Part shown: piece by piece, positions 18,563-28,041 of the stretch
How the letters are laid out: every line of letters starts with the position of its first letter
Position numbering within the stretch: the first letter of the stretch is position 1
Assembly: GCA_043803205.1 (NCBI GenBank)
Contig: JAZDKG010000116.1
Coordinates: 31,316-95,315, forward strand
Source of the DNA: Planctomycetota bacterium
GTDB lineage: Bacteria > Planctomycetota > DG-23 > JAZDKG01
DNA: 64,000 nucleotides
Reading direction: 5' to 3'
Translations under genes and position numbers: made by a program
The notes under the pieces: model-generated
What the model saw: only the letters and a program-made list of their open reading frames with translations
Database searches by the model: none
What the model was told of the DNA's origin: nothing

Positions 18563-19855
18563 TCACTGCGCCGCGGGCTCGACCTTCTCGAGCGCCTCGG
18601 CAAACGCCTTCTGCGCAAGTTCCACCCACTGGGGGTTGTCGCACGGGATGACAGCGCTCACGCGCAGGCCCGGTTCAACCACGATGACCCGCGACGAAGC
18701 GTCCAGGAGACGCAGGGCGAGCCCCGCCGGGTCTTGACCGAGATCAGAGCCCGCCGAAACGACCGGAAAGCCGATGCCATTCGAGGTGAGCTCCCTGATG
18801 GCCTCCCCCTGACGAGGCGTGACGATCACGCAGTAGATCGGCTTCCCGACCTGGGAGCGCACGACGGCATCCAGGGGAGCGATATCCAGCCTCTTGGCCC
18901 CTGGCTCCATCCGCTCCCACACGATCACCACCACCGCCTTCTTGAACGCGCCAAGATAGACGGGAAAGCCGGTGGCCGACTCCAACCGCACCGGCTGCAG
19001 CTTGTCCCCCGGCTTGAGGGGCACCCCCGCGATCGCGCGCTGCATCTTCCGCACCCCCTCCGCCAGTTCCGCGGAAAACTCCTCCACTTTCGACCCCACG
19101 GGCGGCGCATAGAGGAAAGTCCCCTTCTCCACCTCGACGTTCATCTCGTAATTCTTGAAGTCCGCCTTCAGAAACATCCCCTGGCTGCGACGAAACACCT
19201 CCAGCCGATAGATGAGACCGTCGTCAGGCCCCATGTAGAACCAAATGCGCCCCGCCTGTCCGGCGAGGTATGTAAGGTCCGTGATCAGGGGGTTGTTCCC
19301 CAGGCGGCCCGCGCGTTCCATGAGAGGACCGGTGAGCTGCGCCTCAAAGGCCGTCGTCGCGCGGGAGCCGACCCTGTACTCGTTCACGAAAGACATCGCG
19401 TAGAAGGACCCCGCTAGCGTCGGAAGCGCCAGCAGCGAAACCTGGAGCACGGGGTTCTTCCCGACGGTGAACGGCAGAAACTCCTCCCCGAAGTACTCCC
19501 GGATCTCGTCAAGGTTCACCTTTCGCAGATACGTCGCCGCCCCCCCGCTCTCAACCACCTCGTAGAGCGTTGCCCCGTCGGACCGCACCAGATGCCTCTT
19601 TGCGCCCGACGGCTCCTCGACGATGGCGTCGGCGACCACCCGGAACCCATCCATGTACGTGACCTTCCCCGTCACGTTCACCTGCGCGGATTGCGCGTCC
19701 AGAAACATCCCCTCGTACTCGTACGAAAACGACGGAAGGTCGCCCGTCGTGCGAACGAAAGAATCAACGATGGCGTTGAACTTCTCGTCGGCGGACGACG
19801 TCCCCGCAAGAAGAGCAAAGGAGATGAAAAAGGCCAAACAGCAATGACGACTCAT
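18563..19855 (-). CDS. Secreted protein: N-terminal LolA-like/unknown domain + C-terminal TlpA/redoxin-like domain lacking CxxC
   Basis: Start trimmed to MSRHCC with signal peptide. The C-terminal ~130 aa follows the TlpA-like thioredoxin fold pattern, but the WCxPC position reads 'WERMEPGAK'. Confidence 0.4.
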   Translation of the reverse strand: MSRHCCLAFFISFALLAGTSSADEKFNAIVDSFVRTTGDLPSFSYEYEGMFLDAQSAQVNVTGKVTYMDGFRVVADAIVEEPSGAKRHLVRSDGATLYEVVESGGAATYLRKVNLDEIREYFGEEFLPFTVGKNPVLQVSLLALPTLAGSFYAMSFVNEYRVGSRATTAFEAQLTGPLMERAGRLGNNPLITDLTYLAGQAGRIWFYMGPDDGLIYRLEVFRRSQGMFLKADFKNYEMNVEVEKGTFLYAPPVGSKVEEFSAELAEGVRKMQRAIAGVPLKPGDKLQPVRLESATGFPVYLGAFKKAVVVIVWERMEPGAKRLDIAPLDAVVRSQVGKPIYCVIVTPRQGEAIRELTSNGIGFPVVSAGSDLGQDPAGLALRLLDASSRVIVVEPGLRVSAVIPCDNPQWVELAQKAFAEALEKVEPAAQ

Positions 19856-19985
19856 GACTCCGCTCCTCCTCAGGAACCCTCCCAACCGAATCTAACCCCT
19901 TTTGAACACAATGTCAAACATGGGCTTGACTTTTTCTTCCCGGACCTTTCCCCCTGCGGTGGGCGCCGGCCTCGGTCTGGGATGG

Positions 19986-20858
19986 TCAGATAGCGGCGGC
20001 AATGAGCCTGAAGGTGACCTTGGCGGCGACGACATTGCTCGGCAGCGAGAACTCGTGGGGCGATAACTCCACGATGTCGAAGCCGACGATCCTCGCCTTC
20101 TCCCCCAGGGCGCGAATGACCGACGTGATCTGCCGCCACGACAGGCCCCCCGGCTCAGGCGTCCCCACGGCGCCGCACAAGGACGGGTCCAGACCGTCAA
20201 GGTCGACCGTCACGTACACGTTCGGCGAAAGCCTCGAGAGCACTCTCGGTATCCAATCCGTCCGCCCTTCAAGGTCCCACGCGTAGAAAGGCTCAAGCCC
20301 CTCCTCCGCAACGAAGCGATGTTCCTCCTCGCTCACGCTGCGCACGCCGACCTGCACGACCGGGACAAGCTCGAGGCACCGTCGCGCGACGCACGCATGG
20401 GAGAATGGCGAGCCCTGATAGGAATCACGCAGATCGAGGTGTGCGTCGATCTGCAGCACCGACAGATCCCCGAACCGGCCCGCGAGCGCCCGGACGGCCC
20501 CCAGGGAGATCGAATGCTCCCCCCCCAGAAGCGCGGGGATCTTTCCGTCCTCGACGACCCCACGGACGGCCTGCTCCACCCGCGCGATCTCAAACTCCGG
20601 TCCCCGGACGTCGGTCTCCATCGGGGGCAGCGTCGCCACCCCGCAGGCAAGCGGCTCTCGCTCGAGCTCCCCGTCGTAAAGCTCCGTATTCTGGCTCGCC
20701 TCGATGATGGCCCGCGGCCCGCGCCGGGCGCCCCCGCCGAACGTCACTGTGGACTCATACGGCACCGGGAGGACCGCCACGCGCGCCGACTCGTAGTCGG
20801 CAAGCTCCGCCGCAAGCGCCCCGAAGTTGTCCGGGACATGCTCATACCTCGGGACCAC
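19986..20858 (-). CDS. speB: Agmatinase (arginase/ureohydrolase family)
   Basis: Has the ureohydrolase motifs 'GGEHSIS', 'DAHLDLRD' and 'SVDLDGLDP'. Confidence 0.8.
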   Translation of the reverse strand: MVPRYEHVPDNFGALAAELADYESARVAVLPVPYESTVTFGGGARRGPRAIIEASQNTELYDGELEREPLACGVATLPPMETDVRGPEFEIARVEQAVRGVVEDGKIPALLGGEHSISLGAVRALAGRFGDLSVLQIDAHLDLRDSYQGSPFSHACVARRCLELVPVVQVGVRSVSEEEHRFVAEEGLEPFYAWDLEGRTDWIPRVLSRLSPNVYVTVDLDGLDPSLCGAVGTPEPGGLSWRQITSVIRALGEKARIVGFDIVELSPHEFSLPSNVVAAKVTFRLIAAAI

Positions 20859-20912
20859 GGGAGACTCCCTTTCCAGAAGGCCTCCTTCGCAAGCTGCCTC
20901 CCCCCGGGGAGA

Positions 20913-22082
20913 TCACGCGCGCTTTCTCCCGCACGGCCAGGTCCCCTCGGATCGGGCTTGCCCGCGCCGGGCCTTCCCGGCCCCCTTCGCCCCTGAGATC
21001 CGCTTCGCGTGGCTCGCCAGTTGCTTGGTGAGGGCATCGAGACGAGCGTAAAGACGCCTGGGCCGTCGTTTCTTGCACGACGCTAGGACATACGCTCCCA
21101 AGAGCGGAAAGGCGATGGTGGCGTCGCAGTATACCACGGCGTAACGGCGCCTGGGACCCCGGGAGATCTTCCCCCAGGAGATCGCCTCCTGCGGTGTCGC
21201 CCCCGACAGCCCCCCCCACTGCGGCGAATCCGTGGTGATCTGGACGAAATAGTCGTGGCCCCCCTTATCGATCCCGAGGATCTGCGAAAGCATCGGCTGC
21301 GTCTGCATGTAGAAGTTCTTGGGGGAGCCCCCGCCGATCTCCAGCACCCCGTTCTTCGCCGCCGCGTTCACGATGGCCGCCGTCTCTATCACGTCCAGGT
21401 CGCAGTCCACCATGAGCGACCCGCCTCGAAGCTTCGCGGCGGCTAGGTTCATCCCGATCGACGAGTCCCCCGGGCTCGAGGTGAAGACCGGCACGTCATA
21501 TTCCGCCGCGGCGGCCAGCATCGAGAGTTGAGGCTTCGCCGTCTCCCGCAGAACCCTCTTCCCCAGCGCGTGGTGCACGCGCGCGCTTGAGACGGGCGCC
21601 TCACACGGGATGTCGGCGGCCGCCTCCTGAACGAAACGGTCCGTGCGCAGCAGGATCTCCTCCGTGATGAACACGTCGTAGATGCGCTCGATCCCCGCCT
21701 CCGCAAGCTCGTCGTCGTCTGCGTTCGCGTCGCCCTGACGGGGCGTAAGCTCTAAGGCGAAATGCAGGTCGTGGTACAGGTTGGCCCCCGTGGAGATCAC
21801 GAAATCGATGAACCCCCCCCGTATCAGATCCCGCACCACGCCCCCCATCCCCGCCGGGACCATCGCCCCGGAGAGCGTGAGCGCGATGGTGGCGTTTTCC
21901 TCTATCATCCGCTTGAGGATGGCGGCGGCCTCGGCTAAGCGCCCGCCGTTAAACGCCCCCGTGCGCGACCATCCGTCCATGAGATCAACGATGCCGATCC
22001 TCTTCCCCCGCGCAAACCCCATCGGCTCCACGGGAGGACCCGCCAAATACTGCTTCCGGAGGACGCTGCGCTTTCCGGGCAT
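20913..22082 (-). CDS. Deoxyhypusine synthase-like protein (probable homospermidine synthase-type)
   Basis: Start trimmed to MPGKRSV (ATG at 22080-22082), which removes a low-complexity N-extension. The DHS-family pattern includes 'GGSPKNF'. Sits between pdaD and speB. Confidence 0.65.
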   Translation of the reverse strand: MPGKRSVLRKQYLAGPPVEPMGFARGKRIGIVDLMDGWSRTGAFNGGRLAEAAAILKRMIEENATIALTLSGAMVPAGMGGVVRDLIRGGFIDFVISTGANLYHDLHFALELTPRQGDANADDDELAEAGIERIYDVFITEEILLRTDRFVQEAAADIPCEAPVSSARVHHALGKRVLRETAKPQLSMLAAAAEYDVPVFTSSPGDSSIGMNLAAAKLRGGSLMVDCDLDVIETAAIVNAAAKNGVLEIGGGSPKNFYMQTQPMLSQILGIDKGGHDYFVQITTDSPQWGGLSGATPQEAISWGKISRGPRRRYAVVYCDATIAFPLLGAYVLASCKKRRPRRLYARLDALTKQLASHAKRISGAKGAGKARRGQARSEGTWPCGRKRA

Positions 22083-22093
22083 GACTCTCTCGC

Positions 22094-22660
22094 TCACATC
22101 GTAATGAGGACGGCGGCCGCCACCACCGTCGTCCAGAGACCGTCCTTGTCGCACTCCGTGCTCTGCGTGATGTTGCGCGACGCGACGATCTCCCCGCTCA
22201 TCCGGTATACCTCGCGCCGCTCGTCGTAGTTCTTGTCGGGATCGAACGGGATACCCAGCGTCGTGGCCAGCATCGTCGCCGCGAGATCCTCCGCGTAGTC
22301 CCCCGCCTTCTTCTCCGTCTCCCCGAACGAATGGTGCTCGCTCAGGTACCCGTAGTGGCTGCGGTTCTTCGGCACCGCTAGTCCGATGCTCGCCGCCATG
22401 AGACGGTTGGGTTCGTTGGTGGCGGCCTCCGCCATCACGACGAACACGATCTGCCCCGGCCGGAGCTTCCGCAGCCCGATCGCCTTGGCGATCGCCTTGC
22501 ATGCCGGCGGAAAGATGCTCGAAACGCGCACAAGGTTGAACTTCTCAATCCCCGCGCTCCGCAGCGCCAGCTCGAACGACGCTAGCTTCTCCCTGTGCTT
22601 GCCCACGCCCTTCGTGAAAAAGATGTGCGTGGGCACGAAACTCTTCAGGGCGTCTTCCAT
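22094..22660 (-). CDS. pdaD: Pyruvoyl-dependent arginine decarboxylase
   Basis: 188 aa. '[12 protein letters not shown]' contains the Ser-Ser self-cleavage site typical of PdaD. Confidence 0.85.
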   Translation of the reverse strand: MEDALKSFVPTHIFFTKGVGKHREKLASFELALRSAGIEKFNLVRVSSIFPPACKAIAKAIGLRKLRPGQIVFVVMAEAATNEPNRLMAASIGLAVPKNRSHYGYLSEHHSFGETEKKAGDYAEDLAATMLATTLGIPFDPDKNYDERREVYRMSGEIVASRNITQSTECDKDGLWTTVVAAAVLITM

Positions 22661-22862
22661 CGCGCTTGATCCTTTCCAGCCTCAGGCCGTCCGCCGACTT
22701 CAACGGTGCAGAATATAACAACGGCCCAAGAAGGTCTCCAGAAAAAAGCTCCAGGGGTTTCCACACGGACGCCGGCGCCCCAGTCGCAGCTGATCTCTTG
22801 CTCGAAGACGCCTCTTCCCGGACAATCCTCCCCGCGTTGACCTCTCTCAAGGATGGACGCGG

Positions 22863-23549
22863 ATGACGTATCGGGCGGTGCTCTTCGACCTCGACGGCAC
22901 GCTCCTGGATACCGTCGACGACCTTGCGGACTCCATGAACTGCGCCTTGGCGCGCCTGGGGTTCCCCGGGCACGACACCGCGGCCTACAAGCGCCTAGTG
23001 GGCGACGGCGTGGAGCACCTCGCCCGCGGCGCCCTCCCGGACGGTCGTCGCGACAAGAAAACCGTGGCGCAGTGCCTCGCCGCCATGCGCGACGAATACG
23101 GAAAACGCTGGGCGAACAAGACCCGCCCCTACGCCGGTATCCCCGAGCTCCTCGATGCCCTCACGTCGCGCGGCGTCCCGATGGCGGTCCTCTCCAACAA
23201 GCTCGATGATTTCACCAAAATCATCACCGCAAGCCTCCTCGGGAAGTGGCGCTTCTCGCACGCCGCCGGAGCCCGTCCGGGCGTCCGGCGCAAACCCGAC
23301 CCGACCGAGGCCCTCAGGATCGCGCGCGACATGGCCGTCCCCCCCGCCGACTTCCTCTACGTGGGCGACACCGGCACCGACATGAGAACCGCCAACGCCG
23401 CCGGGATGTTCCCCGTCGGAGCGCTCTGGGGCTTCCGCGACGCCCAGGAGCTCCTCGAGGGCGGCGCTAGGACCCTCATCGAAAAGCCCGTCGAGCTCCT
23501 CGGGCTCCTCGACCGCCCTCCCGCCCTCACTGAGAGCCTTAACCCTTGA
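22863..23549 (+). CDS. HAD-superfamily hydrolase (phosphoglycolate phosphatase-like)
   Basis: Motif I 'LFDLDGTLLDT', motif II 'LSNK' and motif IV 'VGDTGTDM'. Confidence 0.8.
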   Translation: MTYRAVLFDLDGTLLDTVDDLADSMNCALARLGFPGHDTAAYKRLVGDGVEHLARGALPDGRRDKKTVAQCLAAMRDEYGKRWANKTRPYAGIPELLDALTSRGVPMAVLSNKLDDFTKIITASLLGKWRFSHAAGARPGVRRKPDPTEALRIARDMAVPPADFLYVGDTGTDMRTANAAGMFPVGALWGFRDAQELLEGGARTLIEKPVELLGLLDRPPALTESLNP

Positions 23550-25098
23550 GAAGCTTATACTCGAAGCTGTCCACGAGGGCTAGCCACGACGCCTCGATGA
23601 TGTTCTCGCTTACCCCCACCGTCCCCCACACGTCCGTCTCGTCGCGCGACTCGATCGTGACGCGCACGCGCGCCGCCGTCGCCGCCCGCGGGTTCACCAC
23701 GCGTACCTTGTAGTCAAGGAGCCGCATGTCCTTGAGCTGGGGGTACACCCCCTCCAGCGCTAAGCGCAGCGCCCCGTCCAAGGCGTTCACCGGGCCGTCC
23801 CCCTCGGCCACCGTGTGGAACGTCCGCGAGCCGACCCCGAGCTTCAGCGTCGCCTCCGTCACCGGCATCTCCCCCCTCTGCTCGACAATGATGCGGTACC
23901 CGTGCAGCTTCCAGAAGCTGCGGTGCTTGCGCAGCATCTTCTTGACGAGGATCTCGAACGACGCCTCCGCGGCCTCGAAAAGGTATCCCTCGTTCTCGAG
24001 CTTCTGGACCTTCGCCAAGACCCGCCGCATGGTCTCCGGGTCGCGCGCGATGTCCGACTTCTCCATCTTCTGGAGGATGCTCGCCGACCCCGAAAGCTCC
24101 GAGAGCAAAATCCGCCGCGTGTTCCCGATCGTGTCGGGCGGGACGTGCTCGTACGTGCGCTCGTTCTTCTTCATCGCGTCGATGTGCATCCCCCCCTTGT
24201 GGCTGAACGCGCTCAGGCCCACGTAGGGCTGGCCGTGCGGGACGGCCAAGTTCGCCAGCGAATAGAAGTAGCGGGACAGCTCCGTGAGCTGCTTGAGGTT
24301 CGCCCTCGCGCTGCAGTCGCACCCGAGCTTGAGGACGAGGTTCGGGACAAGCGAGCAGAGGTCCGCGTTCCCGCAGCGCTCCCCCACTCCGTTCAGCGTC
24401 CCCTGCACGTGCCTCGCCCCGCGCTCGACCGCGGCCAGCGTGTTGGCCACCGCTAGGCCTGAATCGTTGTGCGTGTGGATCCCGATCACGGGACGATACA
24501 ACCGCGTCTCCCTGCGCACGCGCGAAACAGCCGCCGCGACCGCCGAGACCGTCGTCCCGCCGTTCGTGTCGCACAGCACCAGCGCGTCCGCGCCCGAATC
24601 CAGCGCCGCGCGCAGAGTCTTCATCGCGTACTTCGGGTTGTGCGCGTACCCGTCGAAGAAGTGCTCGGCGTCCAGGAAAACGGTCCTCCCCTCCTTCTTG
24701 AGGTGCCGCACGCTGTCCGAGATCATCGCGAGATTGTCCTTCGGACCCACCCGCAGTACGTCCCGGACGTGAAGGTCCCAGCTCTTCGCCACCACCGCGA
24801 CGGTGCCCGTGCCCGCCCCGAGGAGCGCGCGCAGGCCCGGGTCCTTGTCCGCGGCGTACTTCGCCCGCCGCGTCGACCCGAACGCGACAACCTGCGCGTG
24901 CGAGAGCGCAAGGTGCGCCGCCTCCCGGAAGTACGAAGCGTCCTTGGGATTGGACTGGGGGTATCCGCCCTCGATGTAGTCGATCCCGAACTCGTCGAGA
25001 CGCTGGGTCAGGGCGAGCTTGTCCTCGAGGCTCAGCGAAATCCCCTCCGCCTGACACCCGTCCCGCAGCGTCGTGTCGTAGATGACGATCTTCTTCAC
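23539..25098 (-). CDS. LeuA/CimA family: citramalate synthase or 2-isopropylmalate synthase
   Basis: Start set to GTG (VKKIVIYDTTLRDGCQ). The HMGL-like TIM barrel has 'HTHNDSGLAVANTL', and the C-terminal LeuA-dimer regulatory domain is present. The upstream part of the six-frame ORF is low-complexity. Confidence 0.8.
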   Translation of the reverse strand: MKKIVIYDTTLRDGCQAEGISLSLEDKLALTQRLDEFGIDYIEGGYPQSNPKDASYFREAAHLALSHAQVVAFGSTRRAKYAADKDPGLRALLGAGTGTVAVVAKSWDLHVRDVLRVGPKDNLAMISDSVRHLKKEGRTVFLDAEHFFDGYAHNPKYAMKTLRAALDSGADALVLCDTNGGTTVSAVAAAVSRVRRETRLYRPVIGIHTHNDSGLAVANTLAAVERGARHVQGTLNGVGERCGNADLCSLVPNLVLKLGCDCSARANLKQLTELSRYFYSLANLAVPHGQPYVGLSAFSHKGGMHIDAMKKNERTYEHVPPDTIGNTRRILLSELSGSASILQKMEKSDIARDPETMRRVLAKVQKLENEGYLFEAAEASFEILVKKMLRKHRSFWKLHGYRIIVEQRGEMPVTEATLKLGVGSRTFHTVAEGDGPVNALDGALRLALEGVYPQLKDMRLLDYKVRVVNPRAATAARVRVTIESRDETDVWGTVGVSENIIEASWLALVDSFEYKLLKG

Positions 25099-25248
25099 GT
25101 CTGCCCTTCTTCTGCCTCGTCCCCCTATCGTTGAACCGCCATTGTACCCTCCCACCCTCTCCGGGCAAGGCCGCTCCCGACCGCCCCCCTTAGGCTGCCC
25201 CTTCCCTGCGTTCGCGCCCCGCCGCCGCTCGCGCCGCCTTCTCACGAT

Positions 25249-25797
25249 CTACCTCGAAGGCATCGCGATGATCTCCGTCACGTTGGATCTGAGTACGTCG
25301 GCGTACCCGTACGTCTCAACCGCGATCGCCGTATCCGCCCCCCATCCGGTCCCCCCGATCGAGATCACGTGGGAGCCTGCTTGCAGCAAGCCCGTGTCCA
25401 CGCACATCGACGCCACCTGCATCGCGACCTTGAACCCCTGACTCAGCGTCCGCCAAGCATCCGCAATGTCCGGACGTTCCGAATCCAGGATGCGTACCAC
25501 CGGTGCGGCGGGCAGGAACTCCACGCCCATCTCCAGGCACTCACGCACAATCTCCGCGTCGGGGGGACGGTGCTTCTCCCACAGGTGCTTCTGGAAAGGC
25601 ACCGCGATGATCCGCGTCCCCGTCCCGGCGAAAGCGCGCGCCGCCTCAAGCGCCGTCTTCCCCGTCGTCGATGCGACCACCACCGCCTCCGCCTCGAGCT
25701 CACCCGCCCGCTCCCTCGCTGCCCGAACAGTCTCCCCAGTATGCACCGCCCCTCCCTTCTCAAAGTACAGTGTCTCTACTCTTCTCATTCTCCGCAC
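25249..25797 (-). CDS. Pyruvate kinase alpha/beta (PK_C-like) domain protein
   Basis: 182 aa. The 'LYFEKGGAVHTGETVRAARERAGELEAEAVVVASTTGKTALE' pattern matches stand-alone PK C-terminal-domain proteins as I recall them. Confidence 0.5.
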   Translation of the reverse strand: MRRMRRVETLYFEKGGAVHTGETVRAARERAGELEAEAVVVASTTGKTALEAARAFAGTGTRIIAVPFQKHLWEKHRPPDAEIVRECLEMGVEFLPAAPVVRILDSERPDIADAWRTLSQGFKVAMQVASMCVDTGLLQAGSHVISIGGTGWGADTAIAVETYGYADVLRSNVTEIIAMPSR

Positions 25798-25978
25798 TCC
25801 GACGGACGTTCTAACTTGGAAAAGGGCACATTCTACTTCTTGATCGCCTTGCCACGCTTCTTAGCCGCCCTCTTCCGCGTCCGCGGACGCCCCCGAAGGC
25901 GCAGGGTCGATTCAAGGCCCAGGCGGCTAGCGCTCGTGGCTGCCATGCTGGATATCCAGAGCGCACCCGCCTCCAAGC

Positions 25979-26692
25979 TCACGGCCGAAACGCTTCCATC
26001 TCCGCCTTCACCTCCTCGGCGGAGAGCGCCCGCGCGTAGATGCTCACGGATGCAATCGACCCGGCGTACGCCCGCACGTCCGCTTGCTCGCATCCCAGAC
26101 GCGTCGGCGCACGATAGAACTTGACCGGCCCCTTCTGAGGACTCTCGCCGCTTGGCTTGCCGTCGACGAAAAACCGGACCGCTTTCCCGTCCCACGATAC
26201 CGCCGCGTGCGACCATTTCCCCGCCGGCGCCGCCGACGCGCAGATCACCGTCTCATACTCGTACCCCTTCTCGGATGCCCCATCCACGTAGTAGTATCCG
26301 AAAGCTAGCTTCCCGTCCTTCCGCCGCCAGAGGTAGTAGTTCGACCGCTTGATCACGACGGAGCCGTCGTGGGCGCTATCTCCCTCGGCGGGTTTCACCC
26401 ACGCGCACAGCGTCCCCGTATCCGAAAGCGCGTAGGAGTCCTCGTTCCCCAGCGTCACGCAGTCGTTCACACCGTTGAAAACGAGGAAGCCGTCTGCCCA
26501 CGCGGGGTCCTGATCGTCTTCCTCGGCGCGCGCGCCCAGGAAGCTGGGCGTCTTGTCCGTAGCCTCCCGGACGCTCTGTCCGGCGCCCTCGCGAAGGAGC
26601 CAGCGACCGAGAAAGTCGCTCGGAGCCTCCGCCGCGCGGACGCACAGAGACACAAACACAATCGCCGCAACGAGAGAGATCCCTTTCTTCAT
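25979..26692 (-). CDS. Secreted LamG/concanavalin-A-like lectin domain protein
   Basis: Start trimmed to MKKGISLVAAIVFVSLC (signal peptide). The beta-sandwich-like sequence has a conserved 'LCAWVKP...' motif. Confidence 0.45.
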   Translation of the reverse strand: MKKGISLVAAIVFVSLCVRAAEAPSDFLGRWLLREGAGQSVREATDKTPSFLGARAEEDDQDPAWADGFLVFNGVNDCVTLGNEDSYALSDTGTLCAWVKPAEGDSAHDGSVVIKRSNYYLWRRKDGKLAFGYYYVDGASEKGYEYETVICASAAPAGKWSHAAVSWDGKAVRFFVDGKPSGESPQKGPVKFYRAPTRLGCEQADVRAYAGSIASVSIYARALSAEEVKAEMEAFRP

Positions 26693-26846
26693 GGTCTTCC
26701 TCCTCCAAAGAGTCCAATCGCAGAACAACCCCAATTGTAGAGACGCATCCCCGACGCGCAACCGCCGATATGCCGCCGCCCTTACCCTTTCGAGATACAC
26801 GCGGAAGCGGTAGAATTACAGTGCTCTTGCGGAGAAAGGACAACGC

Positions 26847-27965
26847 ATGCCCTGGTTGTGCAAAGCCAGACTGGCTCTGGGACTCGCTCTTCTCGCCGTC
26901 GTCGGCTGCGGCCCAGGCAGAACGGAGGGCGCCGGCCAAGGGGAACCCGCCCCGACGGTCTCCTGGAGTGAAGTCGTCGACGCGGTTGCCAACACGCTCA
27001 TGACCTCTTTCGATGCGCAGACCTCCACATTCGAGGGAGCCCGAGGCGAGCGGGTGCCGCCGACCCCCGACATGGTGCTCTTCCTCCTCGACCGCTTCGT
27101 CTCCACCCGCGACGAGAACTTCGCGCGGATCGCTCGAGCGGCCGCGGCCGACGTCCTCAAGAACCGCCAGACCCTCGCCCAAGACGCCCACGGGAAGGCG
27201 CGACTCCTCCTCCTCGCCTTCGCCCTCGCCCGCGTTCTTCCGAACCCGCAGTACAACGAAGTCGCACATGAGCTCGCTCAGACCCTCATGAACGATCTGG
27301 AGGACCCGCCTGCCAAGGCGCCCTCAGCATGGGCGCTCTTCGAAGCGGCCGGCTCCCTGGGGGACGCACGTTACGCGTCGGCGGCCAAACAAGCCCTGCT
27401 CGATGCGCCCGACGTCGAAAGCGCCGACCTCGCTAACGCCCTCATCTCCGCCTACGAATACACCGGAGACCTCGGCTTCCGAAGCCGGGCCGGCGAGGTC
27501 TTCGCGGCGGTCGCCTCGACGGCAGCCGCCGACCCGGACGGGCTTGCGAAGGCCGGTCAGATGGCGCAGGCCGCCATGCGCCTCTACTACCTCACGGACG
27601 AGAGCCGCTTCAAGGAGGCCGCTGGACAGTGGCTCGCCCCCTTCGCGGAAAACTACCGGACCTTCGCCGCACACGCGGGCGCCTACGCCCTGGGGGCAAG
27701 CTGGCGCGAGAACTATCCCCTCAAGTGCGTGCTGATCGGACGGGAAGACGACCCCCGCCGGCGCGATCTCCACGACGCCCTTCTCAAACTCCCCGTCGTC
27801 AGGCGCGTCGTCATTCCCGTCGATCCCGCAAAGGAGCCCCAGGAGCTGCGCCGCCTGGGGTACCCCGACACCGGCAAGCCCACGGCCTTCCTCTGCACGG
27901 ACAAGACCTGCGCGCCTGTGAAGGACGTCGAAGCGCTGCAGCGGGTCTTCCCGAAGCTGTGGTAG
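26847..27965 (+). CDS. Lipoprotein resembling the C-terminal six-hairpin region of YyaL/DUF255 thioredoxin-domain proteins (thioredoxin domain absent)
   Basis: Lipobox 'LLAVVGC'. Ala-rich alpha/alpha repeats. The C-terminal 'AFLCTDKTCAPV' resembles the YyaL family C-terminus. Confidence 0.4.
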   Translation: MPWLCKARLALGLALLAVVGCGPGRTEGAGQGEPAPTVSWSEVVDAVANTLMTSFDAQTSTFEGARGERVPPTPDMVLFLLDRFVSTRDENFARIARAAAADVLKNRQTLAQDAHGKARLLLLAFALARVLPNPQYNEVAHELAQTLMNDLEDPPAKAPSAWALFEAAGSLGDARYASAAKQALLDAPDVESADLANALISAYEYTGDLGFRSRAGEVFAAVASTAAADPDGLAKAGQMAQAAMRLYYLTDESRFKEAAGQWLAPFAENYRTFAAHAGAYALGASWRENYPLKCVLIGREDDPRRRDLHDALLKLPVVRRVVIPVDPAKEPQELRRLGYPDTGKPTAFLCTDKTCAPVKDVEALQRVFPKLW

Positions 27966-28041
27966 CGGAGCCCCTGCGGTTGACCGCCGCGATCGGGTCC
28001 GTAGAATGCTTGTTAGACGCCATGAGCGGAGCTGACACTAC

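Noticed and set aside
23714-25168. 484-aa alternative-frame ORF on the same strand as the LeuA/CimA gene, and the 44525..45589 ORF within obg.
   Set aside because: Out-of-frame overlaps with composition-driven open frames. The annotated frames carry canonical motifs (HTHND..., Obg Gly-rich fold).
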